Shown here: positions 51,953 through 61,701 of the stretch, in pieces | How the letters are laid out: the number at the start of each line of letters is the position of its first letter | How positions within the stretch are numbered: the first letter of the stretch is position 1 | Assembly: GCA_016278725.1 (NCBI GenBank) | Contig: JADQBG010000010.1 | Coordinates: forward strand, 35,984-99,983 | DNA: 64,000 bases | DNA from: Actinomycetota bacterium | GTDB taxonomy: Bacteria > Actinomycetota > Thermoleophilia > RBG-16-64-13 | Reading direction: 5' to 3' | Notes under the pieces: model-generated | What the model saw: the letters and a program-made list of their open reading frames with translations, nothing else | What the model was told of the DNA's origin: nothing | The model's database searches: none | Made by a program: the position numbers and the translations under genes

Positions 51953-52831
51953 TCAGTCGGCGGCGGGAAGGGTCCCCTCGATGGCCGCGGCCGCAGAAAG
52001 CAGACGCTCGGACTGAGTGGTGAGCGAGGACCCGACCGAAGAGTCATCGGCCTGACCCGCGACCAGCGCCCCAGCAACGGAGCGCAGGGAGTCGGCCGTT
52101 ACCCGGCCACCGAAGACCTCGAGGGTGACCACCAGAGGCCGGTCCAAGCGGTTCTCGACCGTCGCCCGAAACATTTCTAGCAGCCGACGTAGCCGGAGCT
52201 CCCCCCAAACGGCGGGGTCGAGGTGGTCCCGGCCGCCGCTGACGCCGTGCAGGTGGACGACCGCCAGGCGGTGCGCGTAGCGCTCGAGGTGGTCCTCCGG
52301 CCGTCCTCCGGCCAGTTCGAGGTGACCCACGTCCATCACGGTGGAAAGACCGAGTTCGTCCACCACCGGCCACACCCACTCAAACGGGAACCTCAGGTTT
52401 TCCACAGCCAGCCGTGACGGCTCCGCCACTTCGGCCAAAGCGCCCAGCGATTCAGCCAGCGCTTCCAGCCTGGCGCCGGAGAACCCGCGGTCGAGCGTAG
52501 CCTCCGCGGAAGACGATGCCGGATGGACCACATAGGCTCGGGGGCGGAGCGGCCGAGTCAGATCGATCGCCCGCAGACACCCCTCAACCGCCGGCCTTCG
52601 TTCCCCCGGCCGCGGGTGAGAGAGGTCGGCGTCCACGGGGAGGTGGACGGTCACGCCGAAATCGTTCCCAACGCAAAGATCCGCCATCTTCTCGAAGTCC
52701 TTGCGGGAGGGCAGGTTTGCGCCCTCGAAGAACATCAACTCCACGTCATCGACGAGCGGAGCCAAGAGGCGCAGATTGGGCAGGTAGTCGTCCGGCAGGA
52801 CGTAAGAAGTCGTCCCGAAGATCAAGGCCAT
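51953..52831 (-). CDS. Xylose-isomerase-like TIM-barrel (AP endonuclease family 2) protein; candidate CbiR-type cobamide-remodeling phosphodiesterase
   Basis: TIM-barrel His/Glu/Asp metal-site blocks (VVHPASS ... VENLRFPFEWV ... MDVGHLELAG ... VVHLHGVSGGRDHLDP). It overlaps by 10 nt the upstream cobS, a context characteristic of CbiR. Confidence 0.5.
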   Translation of the reverse strand: MALIFGTTSYVLPDDYLPNLRLLAPLVDDVELMFFEGANLPSRKDFEKMADLCVGNDFGVTVHLPVDADLSHPRPGERRPAVEGCLRAIDLTRPLRPRAYVVHPASSSAEATLDRGFSGARLEALAESLGALAEVAEPSRLAVENLRFPFEWVWPVVDELGLSTVMDVGHLELAGGRPEDHLERYAHRLAVVHLHGVSGGRDHLDPAVWGELRLRRLLEMFRATVENRLDRPLVVTLEVFGGRVTADSLRSVAGALVAGQADDSSVGSSLTTQSERLLSAAAAIEGTLPAAD

Positions 52832-53601
52832 AGCGAGACGGAAAGAGCGATCGCCACCAGGCAGGCGGTGCGACTAAGCTCCTGCGAAGCCCCCATGACG
52901 TCGCCGCCCACTCCGCCGAGCAGTGCAAAAGCCGTCCGCCGCAGAAAGAGCGCAACGAGGAGCATACCGGCCGCGGCGGCGGCGACCGCCGGCCAGCCGA
53001 GGACGAATCCGGTCAGGAGCGCCGGGGCGGAAACCACCAGCCCCAGCGCCAGGTGGCGCGTGGCAAACCCCTCCAGGGCCTGCTCGCCCAGCCCCGGATG
53101 AGAGGCATGGCTGTGCCAAGAAAGGATCAGAAAGGGCAGCCGGGAGAGCACTTCCGCGAGGAGCACGGCCGCCGGTAGCACGGCCGCTTGGGAAAGGTCG
53201 TCGGCTCCCACCGAGAGGCCCGCCAGGTCGCTCAACGCCGCAAACGCGACGAGGTAGGTGAAGAAGACCAAGCCGATGGCACCGACGCCGCCGTGGGGGT
53301 CGTGCATCACCTCGAGGCGCCGCCGGGCGTCTCCGTGCACCATGAGCCCGTCGCCCAGGTCGAGTAATCCGTCGGCCTGGTTGAGGCCGGTGAGGCCGAC
53401 GGCGAGCCCGAGCACGACAGCGGCGAGAACCTGCGCGGGTGCAAAATCCACCAGGAGGAGCGCCGCGAGACCGGTCGCCAAGCCCGTCATCCAGCCCACC
53501 AGGGGCACCAGGGGAAAGGCCGTGACGAAGGCCTCGAAGGTGGCCCCGCGGCCCAGGGGGAGCCTCGTCAAGAAGCCGAATAGCGGCCGCGGATCCCCGA
53601 G
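52822..53601 (-). CDS. cobS: Adenosylcobinamide-GDP ribazoletransferase (cobalamin synthase)
   Basis: FGFLTRLPLG N-terminal hallmark, multi-TM body, and conserved Asp-rich loop (NQADGLLDLGDGLMVHGD). The start codon is uncertain: no canonical start lies immediately upstream of FLTRLP, and the ORF-track N-extension to 53892 is Arg/Cys-rich and unlikely. Confidence 0.65.
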   Translation of the reverse strand, partial: LGDPRPLFGFLTRLPLGRGATFEAFVTAFPLVPLVGWMTGLATGLAALLLVDFAPAQVLAAVVLGLAVGLTGLNQADGLLDLGDGLMVHGDARRRLEVMHDPHGGVGAIGLVFFTYLVAFAALSDLAGLSVGADDLSQAAVLPAAVLLAEVLSRLPFLILSWHSHASHPGLGEQALEGFATRHLALGLVVSAPALLTGFVLGWPAVAAAAAGMLLVALFLRRTAFALLGGVGGDVMGASQELSRTACLVAIALSVSLWP

Positions 53602-53689
53602 GAGGGGACGAGCCGGGGCCGCAGCGCCGTCGTCACCTTTCGGGCCAACCTCGGATGTAGCGGGCGGACACACCGCCCTAGGGTAGCAC

Positions 53690-54151
53690 CTAGTCCGCTT
53701 TGCCCACGCTGATCCCGTGGACGTGGGCCAGCTTGCCGCCAAAATAGGCGAAGAGGCTAATCGACAGGGCCCCCATCCAGCTAAGCGCGAGCAAATGGCC
53801 GTGTCCACCATCCCGCGACCGGCGCCGCTGCCACCAGTTGATGACCCCGAGGGCGAAGGTGAAATCCATTCCCAGCAGATGGACCCAGGCAATCAGGTGC
53901 TTTCTGACCTTGTCGATCAGGAGGAAGTCGACGAGCCCGGTGGTCGCGGCCGGGGCGGCCGTGGCCACTTCCGCCCTGACCAGCCAGTCGGCAGCCCGGC
54001 GCCAAAAGGGGTCCTTGGTCAAAGCAAAGGCTGTATCGGCAAGCGCCGCCGACCAGGCAAACGCTGTGGGGAAGTTGATCATGAGCGGGTGGACGGGCGA
54101 ATCGAGAATGGTGATGCGGCTGGGTATGCTGCCGTGCTCTTGCTCTGTCAT
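53690..54151 (-). CDS. Hypothetical 4-TM membrane protein
   Basis: Hydrophobic profile with conserved His/Trp-rich loops. No confident family. Confidence 0.4.
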   Translation of the reverse strand: MTEQEHGSIPSRITILDSPVHPLMINFPTAFAWSAALADTAFALTKDPFWRRAADWLVRAEVATAAPAATTGLVDFLLIDKVRKHLIAWVHLLGMDFTFALGVINWWQRRRSRDGGHGHLLALSWMGALSISLFAYFGGKLAHVHGISVGKAD

Positions 54152-54289
54152 GATACTCGCGCTCCTCCTCCAGGCTGACCTCCGCTCGACTTCTCCCCAG
54201 GATGAAGCGAATGGAAAAGCGGCCGCTTTACGCCCGGCCGGGCGAGAAGCGGCCGCGAGGGGAGAGCGGCTTAGGCAGCGATGGTCAGG

Positions 54290-55102
54290 CTAGTGCTCCA
54301 ACCGGTAGCTTGCGGTCACGTTGGCCATCACCTCTATGTCACCCGGCCGGACGGGGGGCGGCGTCACCGAGTCGGCCGCCATCGCCCGTTCCTGGGAGAA
54401 GTCCATGGCTGTGGGGGTGCTCGAGGACTCCTCGCGCAGCGCGACTATGCGGCCGAGTCCCACGTCTGCCGCCTCCGCCAGGGTCTCCGCTTTGTTACGT
54501 GCGGCGGCGACGGCCTGTCTCAGAGCTTCCTGGATCGCGGGGCTGTTTTCCGACAGCCGCCACTCCGGGCCGCGGACGTTGTTGGCCCCCGCCTCCACGG
54601 CGGCGGCGAAGACATCGCCGACCTTACTCAAATCCTGCACCACCACCGTCACCGTGTTGCTGGCCCGATAAGTCACGGGCGGCTCCGGCTGGGTCTCGCC
54701 CTGCTGGGGCAAGGGTACGGGTTGCCTTTCGGGATAGACGGTCACGTTACTTGCCTGCAGGTTCTCATCGGGGATGCCCGCTTCTCGGAGCGCATCAAGC
54801 ACCGACTGCATCTGCTGGGAATTCTGGTCTACGGCGGTGGCCGCGTCGTCGGCCGTGGTCTCGACGCCCACATAGAGGACGGCTTCGTCCGGAGCGACCA
54901 GCACGCGGGCCTGTCCTGAGACTGTGACCACGTCCTCGGCCGGCATCCCCGACTGGTCCGACACCCCTTGAAGCGGTTGCTCCTGGTCGGAGCAGGCCAG
55001 AGCCGCCAGAGAGATCGAGAGCAACAACCCGAGCAGTACGGCCCCGCTCACCAGCGAGCCCCATCCTGCCCGTCGGTTCGCGGTATGTGCGCTGTGGTTC
55101 AT
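54290..55102 (-). CDS. SIMPL/DUF541 (YggE-like) secreted protein
   Basis: Signal peptide plus the SIMPL blocks (VLVAPDEAVLYVGVETTADDAATAVDQNSQQMQSVLDALREAGIP ... VRPGDIEVMANVTASYRL). Confidence 0.7.
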   Translation of the reverse strand: MNHSAHTANRRAGWGSLVSGAVLLGLLLSISLAALACSDQEQPLQGVSDQSGMPAEDVVTVSGQARVLVAPDEAVLYVGVETTADDAATAVDQNSQQMQSVLDALREAGIPDENLQASNVTVYPERQPVPLPQQGETQPEPPVTYRASNTVTVVVQDLSKVGDVFAAAVEAGANNVRGPEWRLSENSPAIQEALRQAVAAARNKAETLAEAADVGLGRIVALREESSSTPTAMDFSQERAMAADSVTPPPVRPGDIEVMANVTASYRLEH

Positions 55103-55195
55103 GTCGATCCGCCTTCTCGGTGGGTCAATTGTGGACTCTAAGCGGTATGACGAGGGCCGGAACGAGTTTGTTCCCGTCTGTGACAGCGAAGCCGG

Positions 55196-56068
55196 TTAGC
55201 TCCCAAGCCACTCGCCACCGTTGGGATGAAGCACCTGCCCGGTCATGTAGGAGGCATCGTCGGAAGCGAGAAAGACGTAGCTCGGAGCGATCTCTTCGGG
55301 TTGGCCGACCCGCTTCATCGGCGTCTGCTTGCCGAACTTGTCCACGTGTTCCGGGGTGAAGCTCGCCGGGATCAAGGGGGTCCAAATGGGACCGGGGGCC
55401 ACCGCATTGACGCGGATTCCCCGGCCGACCAGATGCAGCGCAAGTGACCGGGTGAAGGCCACGATCGCCCCTTTGGTGGAGGAGTAGTCGAGCAGGCCGT
55501 CTTTCCCCTTATAGGCCGTGACGGAAGCCGTGTTGATGATGGCGTCTCCCTCGGAGAGGTGGGCCAGAGCCGCCTTGACCAGGAAGAACTGCGCGAAGAT
55601 GTTGGTTCTGAAGGTCCGCTCGAGTTGCTCGCGGGTGAGGTCCTCTATCTTCTCGACCTCGTGCTGCTCCCCGGCATTGTTGACCAGGATGTTGAGTCCG
55701 CCGAGTCCGGCGGCCACTTCCTGGACCGCCCGGCGGCAGAATTCCTCGTCGCCCACGTCCCCGGCTACCAAGTGGACCCTTCCGCCTTCTTCCTCCACCA
55801 GGCGCTTGGTCTCCTCGGCGTCCTCGTGTTCCTCGAGATAGACGATGCCGACATCCGCCCCCTCTTTGGCGAATGCGATGGCCACCGGCCGGCCGATCCC
55901 GCTGTCTCCCCCCGTAATCAGAGCCACCTTGCCTCGGAGTTTGCCGCTCCCCCGGTAGGCCTCGTCGCGAGAGGCCGGTTTGGGTTTCATCGCATCTTCC
56001 TGGCCCGGCCGGCGCTCCTGAGATTGGGGCGGCGGGGTCTGGGGATGCTGTTCACCGTTACTGCCCAT
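55196..56068 (-). CDS. SDR-family oxidoreductase (YhdF/general-stress-protein-39-like)
   Basis: TGGDSGIGR cofactor motif, NNAG, and the YxxxK catalytic tetrad (YSSTKGAIVAF). Has an N-terminal Pro/Gln-rich extension. Confidence 0.85.
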   Translation of the reverse strand: MGSNGEQHPQTPPPQSQERRPGQEDAMKPKPASRDEAYRGSGKLRGKVALITGGDSGIGRPVAIAFAKEGADVGIVYLEEHEDAEETKRLVEEEGGRVHLVAGDVGDEEFCRRAVQEVAAGLGGLNILVNNAGEQHEVEKIEDLTREQLERTFRTNIFAQFFLVKAALAHLSEGDAIINTASVTAYKGKDGLLDYSSTKGAIVAFTRSLALHLVGRGIRVNAVAPGPIWTPLIPASFTPEHVDKFGKQTPMKRVGQPEEIAPSYVFLASDDASYMTGQVLHPNGGEWLGS

Positions 56069-56315
56069 TTGGGTCCTCCTGCTTCTTTCGCGCGCCGCCC
56101 GCGCGTAGCTTCGTTCGCGGGCCGCTCACGGTTATTTTCAGGGCACCGTTCTGCCCTAGCCTTAAGGGAAGTTATGTACGCACAGCGGGTTCCCACGGTG
56201 GGGCTGCGGGTATAAGCCGACTGCGAGACGGGCATGCGAGATAGGTGTGCGAGACGGGTGTCTCACTCCTCCCGTCACGACGGCCGGGCCGGGGCAGAGC
56301 CCCGCCCGGCCTTAT

Positions 56316-58235
56316 CTACTTCGGGCCAAAGAGCAGCGCGGTGCGGCCGGGGAGCCACCAGCCCTCGGAGGTAATCGGATCGGGAGTGCCCATTCCGCCG
56401 TAAGCGGGCGACTCGCTCGACCACAGGACTCCCCAGCGGGTCCCCAAAGGAGGGGCCAGCAGCGGCTCGGCGGCGGGGCGGAGAGGCCGGGAGCGTCCCA
56501 GATTGATAACCAGCAGGCGGTCCTCCCCTTCTCCGAAGCAGCGGAGGAGAAAAGCGTCGTCGGTGAGCACGGCGCCGTCGAGCCCCAGCCTGCCCTGTAG
56601 CCTGATCACGGGGTCCTCCCGGCGCAGGCGGAGCAGATCCCGATGCAGACGCAAGACACTCTCGTGCCCCTGACGCTCGTCCGGGTTCAGCTTGGATGCC
56701 GCGAAGGCTTCCTGATCGTCGGGGTTCGGCAGTATCGCCGACCCGTCGACGCCCGAGAACGGCGGGAACATGGTCATGAATCCGGCCCGTCCCTTGCGGA
56801 CGAGCGGCGCCAACTCCCGGTTGTGATCGGCAAAAAAGAAGAAAGGGCTGGTGGCGGCAAACTCCTGGCCCTGAAACAGCAAAGGCGTGCCCGGACCCAG
56901 CAACAGAAAGGCCGTCAAAGCCCTGAGGGTACCCGGGTCGGAGAGCATGTGGGCGCGGCGCCCGCCGCCGGCGTTCGCCACCTGGTCGTGATTGTCGAGG
57001 TAGGTGACGAAGCTTCTGGGAGAAAGGTCGAGCGCCGGGCTCCCGCGCCTGCCATGCGTATGGACGTAGGGTTGTCCCTGGAAGAGGTAACCGAACTTGG
57101 AGGCCGAGATCAGCTCCTGAGGGGAGCCCCGAAAATCGGTGTAGTAGGCGCCGCCGCGATCCGAGAGCGCCACTTTGGCGGCGTGATGGTAGTCATCGTT
57201 CCAGAGACCATCCACCGCCCCGGTTCCGTGCTTTGCCGGCCGCGCGAAATCCGCCTCTTGGTCCTCGTTCTCGATGAAAACCAGGATCGAGCGGTCACCG
57301 GCCCGCTCCCGAGAGCGCCGGGTGAGCTCGTGGACCACGTGCTCCTGCGAGTCGTCATAGATGGCGTGGACCGCGTCCAGACGCAGTCCGTCCAGATGGA
57401 ACTCCTCGATCCAGTAGCCCGCGTTGCTCACGAAGAACTCGCGCACGGGCCCGCTTCCCTCGCCGTCGAAGTTGATGGCGTCCCCCCACGGGGTTTGGTG
57501 GCTATCGGTGAAATAGGCCGAGGAATACGCGGGCAGGTAGTTGCCGTCGGGCCCGATGTGGTTGTAGACGACGTCCAGGATCACGCCGAGGCCCAGTGCG
57601 TGGGCCCGGTCGACGAATCGGCGAAAGTCATCGGGCCGTCCATAGAGCCGGGAGGGGGCGAAGAGGTCGACCCCGTCGTAGCCCCAGCCGTAGGCGCCGG
57701 GAAAATCGGCCACCGGCATGATCTCGAGCGCGGTGATCCCCAGTTCTCGCAGGGCGGGCAACTGCTCGGCGGCGCCGGCGAAGGTGCCCTGGGGGGTGAA
57801 GGTGCCGATATGCAACTCGTAGAGCACCTGCCCGGCGAGTTCGAGCCCTGTCCAGGAACGGTCGCTCCAGGCGAAGCCAGCAGGATCGATGACTTCGGAG
57901 GGGCCATGGGGGCCTTCCGGCTGAAAACGTGAGGCGGGGTCGGGGTAGAGGGTCTCGCCTCCGTCCAGACGGAACCGGTAGCGGTCGCCCGCGGAGGCGG
58001 GAAACCTGCCCGAGAAGTAGCCCGATCGGGAAGGATCGTCGTGCGGGCCCTCGGCTTCGAGGGGGAACTCCGATCGGCGCACGTGTTCCGGATTTCGTTC
58101 ATCGGAGCCTTCCAACACGACCGAGACCCGCGTGTGGTCGGGAGCCCACACGCGAAAGTCCACCGCGTCGGAGAAGATCTCTGCCCCGATGGGAAGACGG
58201 CGCCGGGCGGGTGGATGATCTGCTGCTGCGGTCAC
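56316..58235 (-). CDS. treZ: GH13 malto-oligosyltrehalose trehalohydrolase
   Basis: N-terminal CBM48-like domain (FRVWAP), GH13 catalytic blocks (GVILDVVYNH ... GLRLDAVH ... EN-ED ... NHD). GTG start at 58235 inferred from alignment to TreZ N-termini. Confidence 0.75.
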   Translation of the reverse strand: MTAAADHPPARRRLPIGAEIFSDAVDFRVWAPDHTRVSVVLEGSDERNPEHVRRSEFPLEAEGPHDDPSRSGYFSGRFPASAGDRYRFRLDGGETLYPDPASRFQPEGPHGPSEVIDPAGFAWSDRSWTGLELAGQVLYELHIGTFTPQGTFAGAAEQLPALRELGITALEIMPVADFPGAYGWGYDGVDLFAPSRLYGRPDDFRRFVDRAHALGLGVILDVVYNHIGPDGNYLPAYSSAYFTDSHQTPWGDAINFDGEGSGPVREFFVSNAGYWIEEFHLDGLRLDAVHAIYDDSQEHVVHELTRRSRERAGDRSILVFIENEDQEADFARPAKHGTGAVDGLWNDDYHHAAKVALSDRGGAYYTDFRGSPQELISASKFGYLFQGQPYVHTHGRRGSPALDLSPRSFVTYLDNHDQVANAGGGRRAHMLSDPGTLRALTAFLLLGPGTPLLFQGQEFAATSPFFFFADHNRELAPLVRKGRAGFMTMFPPFSGVDGSAILPNPDDQEAFAASKLNPDERQGHESVLRLHRDLLRLRREDPVIRLQGRLGLDGAVLTDDAFLLRCFGEGEDRLLVINLGRSRPLRPAAEPLLAPPLGTRWGVLWSSESPAYGGMGTPDPITSEGWWLPGRTALLFGPK

Positions 58236-58245
58236 AAGCAGTCGA

Positions 58246-58401
58246 CTAGACGACGTCCACGACCCAGAGCACGAAGAAGAGCAGCGGAACCAGCATAAGC
58301 ATGGAGGCGGGCAGGTAGCCCCAGGAAGCACTGTAAGGCCAGACCGGCAGGAGTGCGACGATCGCGACCAGGCTCAAGATCAGCACTCCCAGTACCAGCA
58401 T
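58246..58401 (-). CDS. DUF3309-family small membrane protein
   Basis: MLVLGVLILSLVAIVALLPVWPYSASWGY, the characteristic DUF3309 motif (PxWPYSxxWGY). Confidence 0.6.
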   Translation of the reverse strand: MLVLGVLILSLVAIVALLPVWPYSASWGYLPASMLMLVPLLFFVLWVVDVV

Positions 58402-58526
58402 CTCCGACCCTTCCCCGCCTGCTCGCTGCTCGGCGCAAGGCGCGCGCCCGTCCGTCACCCCCTCTACCCGCCGCTCCCCCGGCCTATCCCTCGCGCGGCT
58501 CGACCACCCCTCGACCGAGCCACCAC

Positions 58527-58961
58527 CTATCGCTGGGCGAGGATCTCTCGAATCGCTTGACTCAGCCGGTCCCGCACTAGCCGCGCCTGATCCTGGCTCT
58601 CGTAAGGATGCCGCGGCCAGAAGAGGCCGCGCAAGCCGTCTTTGGGGTTCCGCGGGACCACGTGCACGTGCAGATGGGGAACGCTCTGGCTGACTCGGTT
58701 GTTCATGGCCACGAAACTCCCGGCCGCGTCGAGAGCCTCCTGCATCGCCCGGGAGATCAAGCGAACCTCGGAGAACAAAGGGCCGACCAAGGGGTCGGGC
58801 AGCTCGTCTAGCGTCTCCACATGAGCGCGGGGAACCACGAGGCAGTGGCCGGGGAACAGAGGACGCCTGTCGAGGAACACCAGGCTCTCAGCGGTCTCGT
58901 GAACCATCCAGGCGTCCCGTTCCCCCGCTACGATCTGGCAAAAAGCGCAGTCAGCGGCCAA
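58527..58961 (-). CDS. HIT-family (histidine triad) nucleotide hydrolase/transferase
   Basis: CAFCQI ... HLHVHVVPR histidine triad. Confidence 0.85.
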   Translation of the reverse strand: MAADCAFCQIVAGERDAWMVHETAESLVFLDRRPLFPGHCLVVPRAHVETLDELPDPLVGPLFSEVRLISRAMQEALDAAGSFVAMNNRVSQSVPHLHVHVVPRNPKDGLRGLFWPRHPYESQDQARLVRDRLSQAIREILAQR

Positions 58962-58978
58962 GGGTAGACCTACCGGCC

Positions 58979-60097
58979 TTAAGTCACGTCACCGGCCAGC
59001 ATCGGCAGCACGGTTTCTGCGTAGACTCCCTCGATGCGTTCCATGAGCGCGGCCTTGCTGACGCCGCCGTAGGAAAGCGCAGCGATGGCGGAGCCTCCCG
59101 CGCCCACGCCCTCCTTGACCAGCCCGGCCTGGTAGGGATGCATGCCGGGATAACGCGCCTTGCCGAAGTCCAGGTCGGCGGCGTAGACGGGCATATCGCC
59201 CACCTGCCGCGCCAGGTCCACCAGGTCGGCGGTGGTGTCGTCGAGAATCCAGCGGGTCGTGCCTATGCACAGGCGGTCGGCCCCGGCGGTGTCGGCAACG
59301 TTCGGGTCGGCGGCGCGCAGAGCGGCGATGACCGCGGCCACGGCGGCCATCTGGGTACCGCCCGCGAGCATCACCGGAACCTCTCGCGACGCCGCGAGGG
59401 CCATGCCGGCGACCACCGGCTGCATCGGGTCGCCCACCAGTTCGATGGCTTTGATCGGATCGGAGGCCAGGCTCCCCGGCTGGATGTCCGCCGCCTTGAA
59501 GGCACTCTCCACCGTCTGGCGCTTGAGCTCGTTGGCTCCGCCGATCATCGTCGACGACACCTTGCCGTGCGCGTCAAGGCCCAGGGCCAGCATGACCGCG
59601 AGGGCAGTCGTGGTCCCCGCGGGCACCGATTCCGCCAGCAGCAGGTAGTCGGTAACCTTGGCAAGCTGTTCACCCAGATGCCAGCCGCGCTCGTAGAGCT
59701 CCGCGGCGTTGGCCACGCTCCGTCCGGAGAGAATCGAGTCGGCCGGGCGGTCGCCAACCCGGAAGTAGGGAGTCTGCGGGGGGACTTCGCAGCCGGCATC
59801 GACGACGAAGACGGGCAGTTTGGTCAACCCCAGCGCAGCCATGGTGATGATGACGGGAGAAGGGATGCCGTCGGGGGTGGCGGCGATGCCCGGGATGGAA
59901 CGGGCACGGCCATAGAAGAGGCACTCCATGTCCGCGGGCGGCGTGTAGCGGCGCATCTCGGCCGAGGCCCCGGCTATGGACAGGCCCTCGATGGCCGCGG
60001 TCTCGCTCGAAGCGATGGTGCATACATAGGCGGGTCTCTTGGCCTCGCGCAGAGCATCCAGCATTTGGGTGGATCCCTGGGTGATGACGTCGCTCAT
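58979..60097 (-). CDS. Archaeal-type nicotinate-nucleotide--dimethylbenzimidazole phosphoribosyltransferase homologue (UPF0284/TIGR00303-like CobT)
   Basis: ~370 aa, with ESVPAGTTTALAVMLALG (cf. GMGIGNTT of CobT) and LAGGTQMAAV blocks. Embedded between cbiHJ and cobamide genes. Assignment by motif resemblance plus context. Confidence 0.5.
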   Translation of the reverse strand: MSDVITQGSTQMLDALREAKRPAYVCTIASSETAAIEGLSIAGASAEMRRYTPPADMECLFYGRARSIPGIAATPDGIPSPVIITMAALGLTKLPVFVVDAGCEVPPQTPYFRVGDRPADSILSGRSVANAAELYERGWHLGEQLAKVTDYLLLAESVPAGTTTALAVMLALGLDAHGKVSSTMIGGANELKRQTVESAFKAADIQPGSLASDPIKAIELVGDPMQPVVAGMALAASREVPVMLAGGTQMAAVAAVIAALRAADPNVADTAGADRLCIGTTRWILDDTTADLVDLARQVGDMPVYAADLDFGKARYPGMHPYQAGLVKEGVGAGGSAIAALSYGGVSKAALMERIEGVYAETVLPMLAGDVT

Positions 60098-61701
60098 CGT
60101 GTCTCCTCGTTCGGTTGCTTCTTTAGCCTTTCCAGCTCCTCGATCAAATCGCCCGCCTCGCGGTAGACCACCGCGGGCTCGGGCGGCCGGGTCAAAACGG
60201 CGAGCCGAGCGTTCGCCAGCTCTGCCGCGGTTAGCTTCTCGTCGAGACCTCCTTCGGTTCCTGATTCCTTGCTGACGAGGACGTCGCAGCCGTAGCGCTC
60301 GACGCAGGCCGCGGTGAACTCGGGGTCGAACGGGGGGTAAGCGGCGAGCAGCCGCTCCGGCGGAATGCCGGCGCCAAGGGCCGCGGCCACCGATTCAGGG
60401 CTGGCCAGCACGCGCGCGGCCGGGTCCAGCCCTCGCCCAATGAAGTCAGGAAGCAGCTTCGTGCCCACCGTCAGAAAGGGAACGTGTCCTTCCTCGAGGA
60501 GGGCCCGAATCAAGCTTTCGGTGTTGGGATAGAAGCGGACGCGCTCCGAGCCGTCGGCTCCCGAAGGCGGGCGCCATGGACGGCGGGCGGCGCGCAGCAC
60601 GCGTAGTCCTGCCCTTCCCGCGGCCTCCGCGGCGGTGGCGCTCGCCTTCTCGGCGTAGGGGTGAGTGGCGTCCACCAGAGCCAGGGGGCGCCAGCGTTCA
60701 AGCTCTCGGGCAAGGCCTTCGGCGTCCAGGCCGCCGACGTGCACTCCCCCGCCGGGAGGCGTCTCGACCTCGCGCGCGCCCAGCTCGCTTGCCACCGAGA
60801 GCCGTACCCACCAGCCGGCGGTCTCGAGCTCTTCGGTGAGGTGCCGGGCGAAGCCGGTGCCGCCCAGAACGTAGAGACGGTCGTTCGGCGCCGTCCCTGC
60901 CTCCGCGTCGGCTTCCGCGTCGGCTTCCGCGTCGGCTTCCGCGGCCGCGGCCGCGCCCGATGAGACGGATTCGGCGGGCTCCAGATACTTCTCCCGGTAA
61001 CCGCGGCGCGTGACCAAGCTGCCGCCAAGCAGTTCCGTGTTCTTGGAGCCGATCAGGACGAGGGTCCACATGTCGATTTCCTGTTCGGGGAGCTCGCCCA
61101 GCGTGCCGATCCAGGACTCCTCACCCTGGCGATAGACGTTGCGCACCCAGGCCACCCGGGTTCCGGGGCCGCGGTGGCGAAGAAAGGCGGCAAGCGCCTG
61201 CTCGAAAAGAGGGCGTCGCCGGCGGGATGAGGGATTGTACAAACAGGTGACGAGGTCGGCGGCGGCCACCGCCTCCACGCGCCGCAACACCTCTTCGCGC
61301 GGCGTCAGCAGGTCGCTCAGGCTGAGGACGGCGAAGTCGTTCATTAGGGGCGCACCTAGCCGGGCGGCGGCCGCCTGGCAGGCGGTGATCCCGGGGATCA
61401 CCTGAACCTCGGCCGTGGGGTCCAGTTCTATCAAAAGCCCGGCCATCCCGTAGATTCCGGCATCGCCGCTGGAAACCACGGCCACCCGCCGGCCCTGACG
61501 GTGAAGCTCGAGTGCGCGGCGGCACCGTTCGACCTCACGCTTCATTCCCGACCCCTCGCGGCGCTCAGGCGGTGCGAGGTCTCCAAGAAGTTCCAGATAG
61601 GGCCGGTAACCCACCACCACGTCCGCCCGCTCGAGCGCCTCTCGCGCCTCCGGCGTCAGCAACGCCAGGTCTCCCGGTCCCATCCCGACCGCCCAGATCA
61701 C
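60094..61701 (-). CDS. Fused precorrin-3B C17-methyltransferase (CbiH/CobJ) - precorrin-6A reductase (CbiJ/CobK)
   Basis: N-half: tetrapyrrole methylase blocks (VIWAVGMGPGDLALLT ... VVSSGDAGIYGMA ... VIPGITA). C-half: CbiJ blocks (LYVLGGTGFARHL ... DATHPYA ... VLVSKESG). Linker (EA)n DAEADAEADAEA encoded by 12-nt tandem repeats (60890-60950). The GTG start overlaps the cbiG stop (GTGA). Confidence 0.8.
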   Translation of the reverse strand: MIWAVGMGPGDLALLTPEAREALERADVVVGYRPYLELLGDLAPPERREGSGMKREVERCRRALELHRQGRRVAVVSSGDAGIYGMAGLLIELDPTAEVQVIPGITACQAAAARLGAPLMNDFAVLSLSDLLTPREEVLRRVEAVAAADLVTCLYNPSSRRRRPLFEQALAAFLRHRGPGTRVAWVRNVYRQGEESWIGTLGELPEQEIDMWTLVLIGSKNTELLGGSLVTRRGYREKYLEPAESVSSGAAAAAEADAEADAEADAEAGTAPNDRLYVLGGTGFARHLTEELETAGWWVRLSVASELGAREVETPPGGGVHVGGLDAEGLARELERWRPLALVDATHPYAEKASATAAEAAGRAGLRVLRAARRPWRPPSGADGSERVRFYPNTESLIRALLEEGHVPFLTVGTKLLPDFIGRGLDPAARVLASPESVAAALGAGIPPERLLAAYPPFDPEFTAACVERYGCDVLVSKESGTEGGLDEKLTAAELANARLAVLTRPPEPAVVYREAGDLIEELERLKKQPNEETR

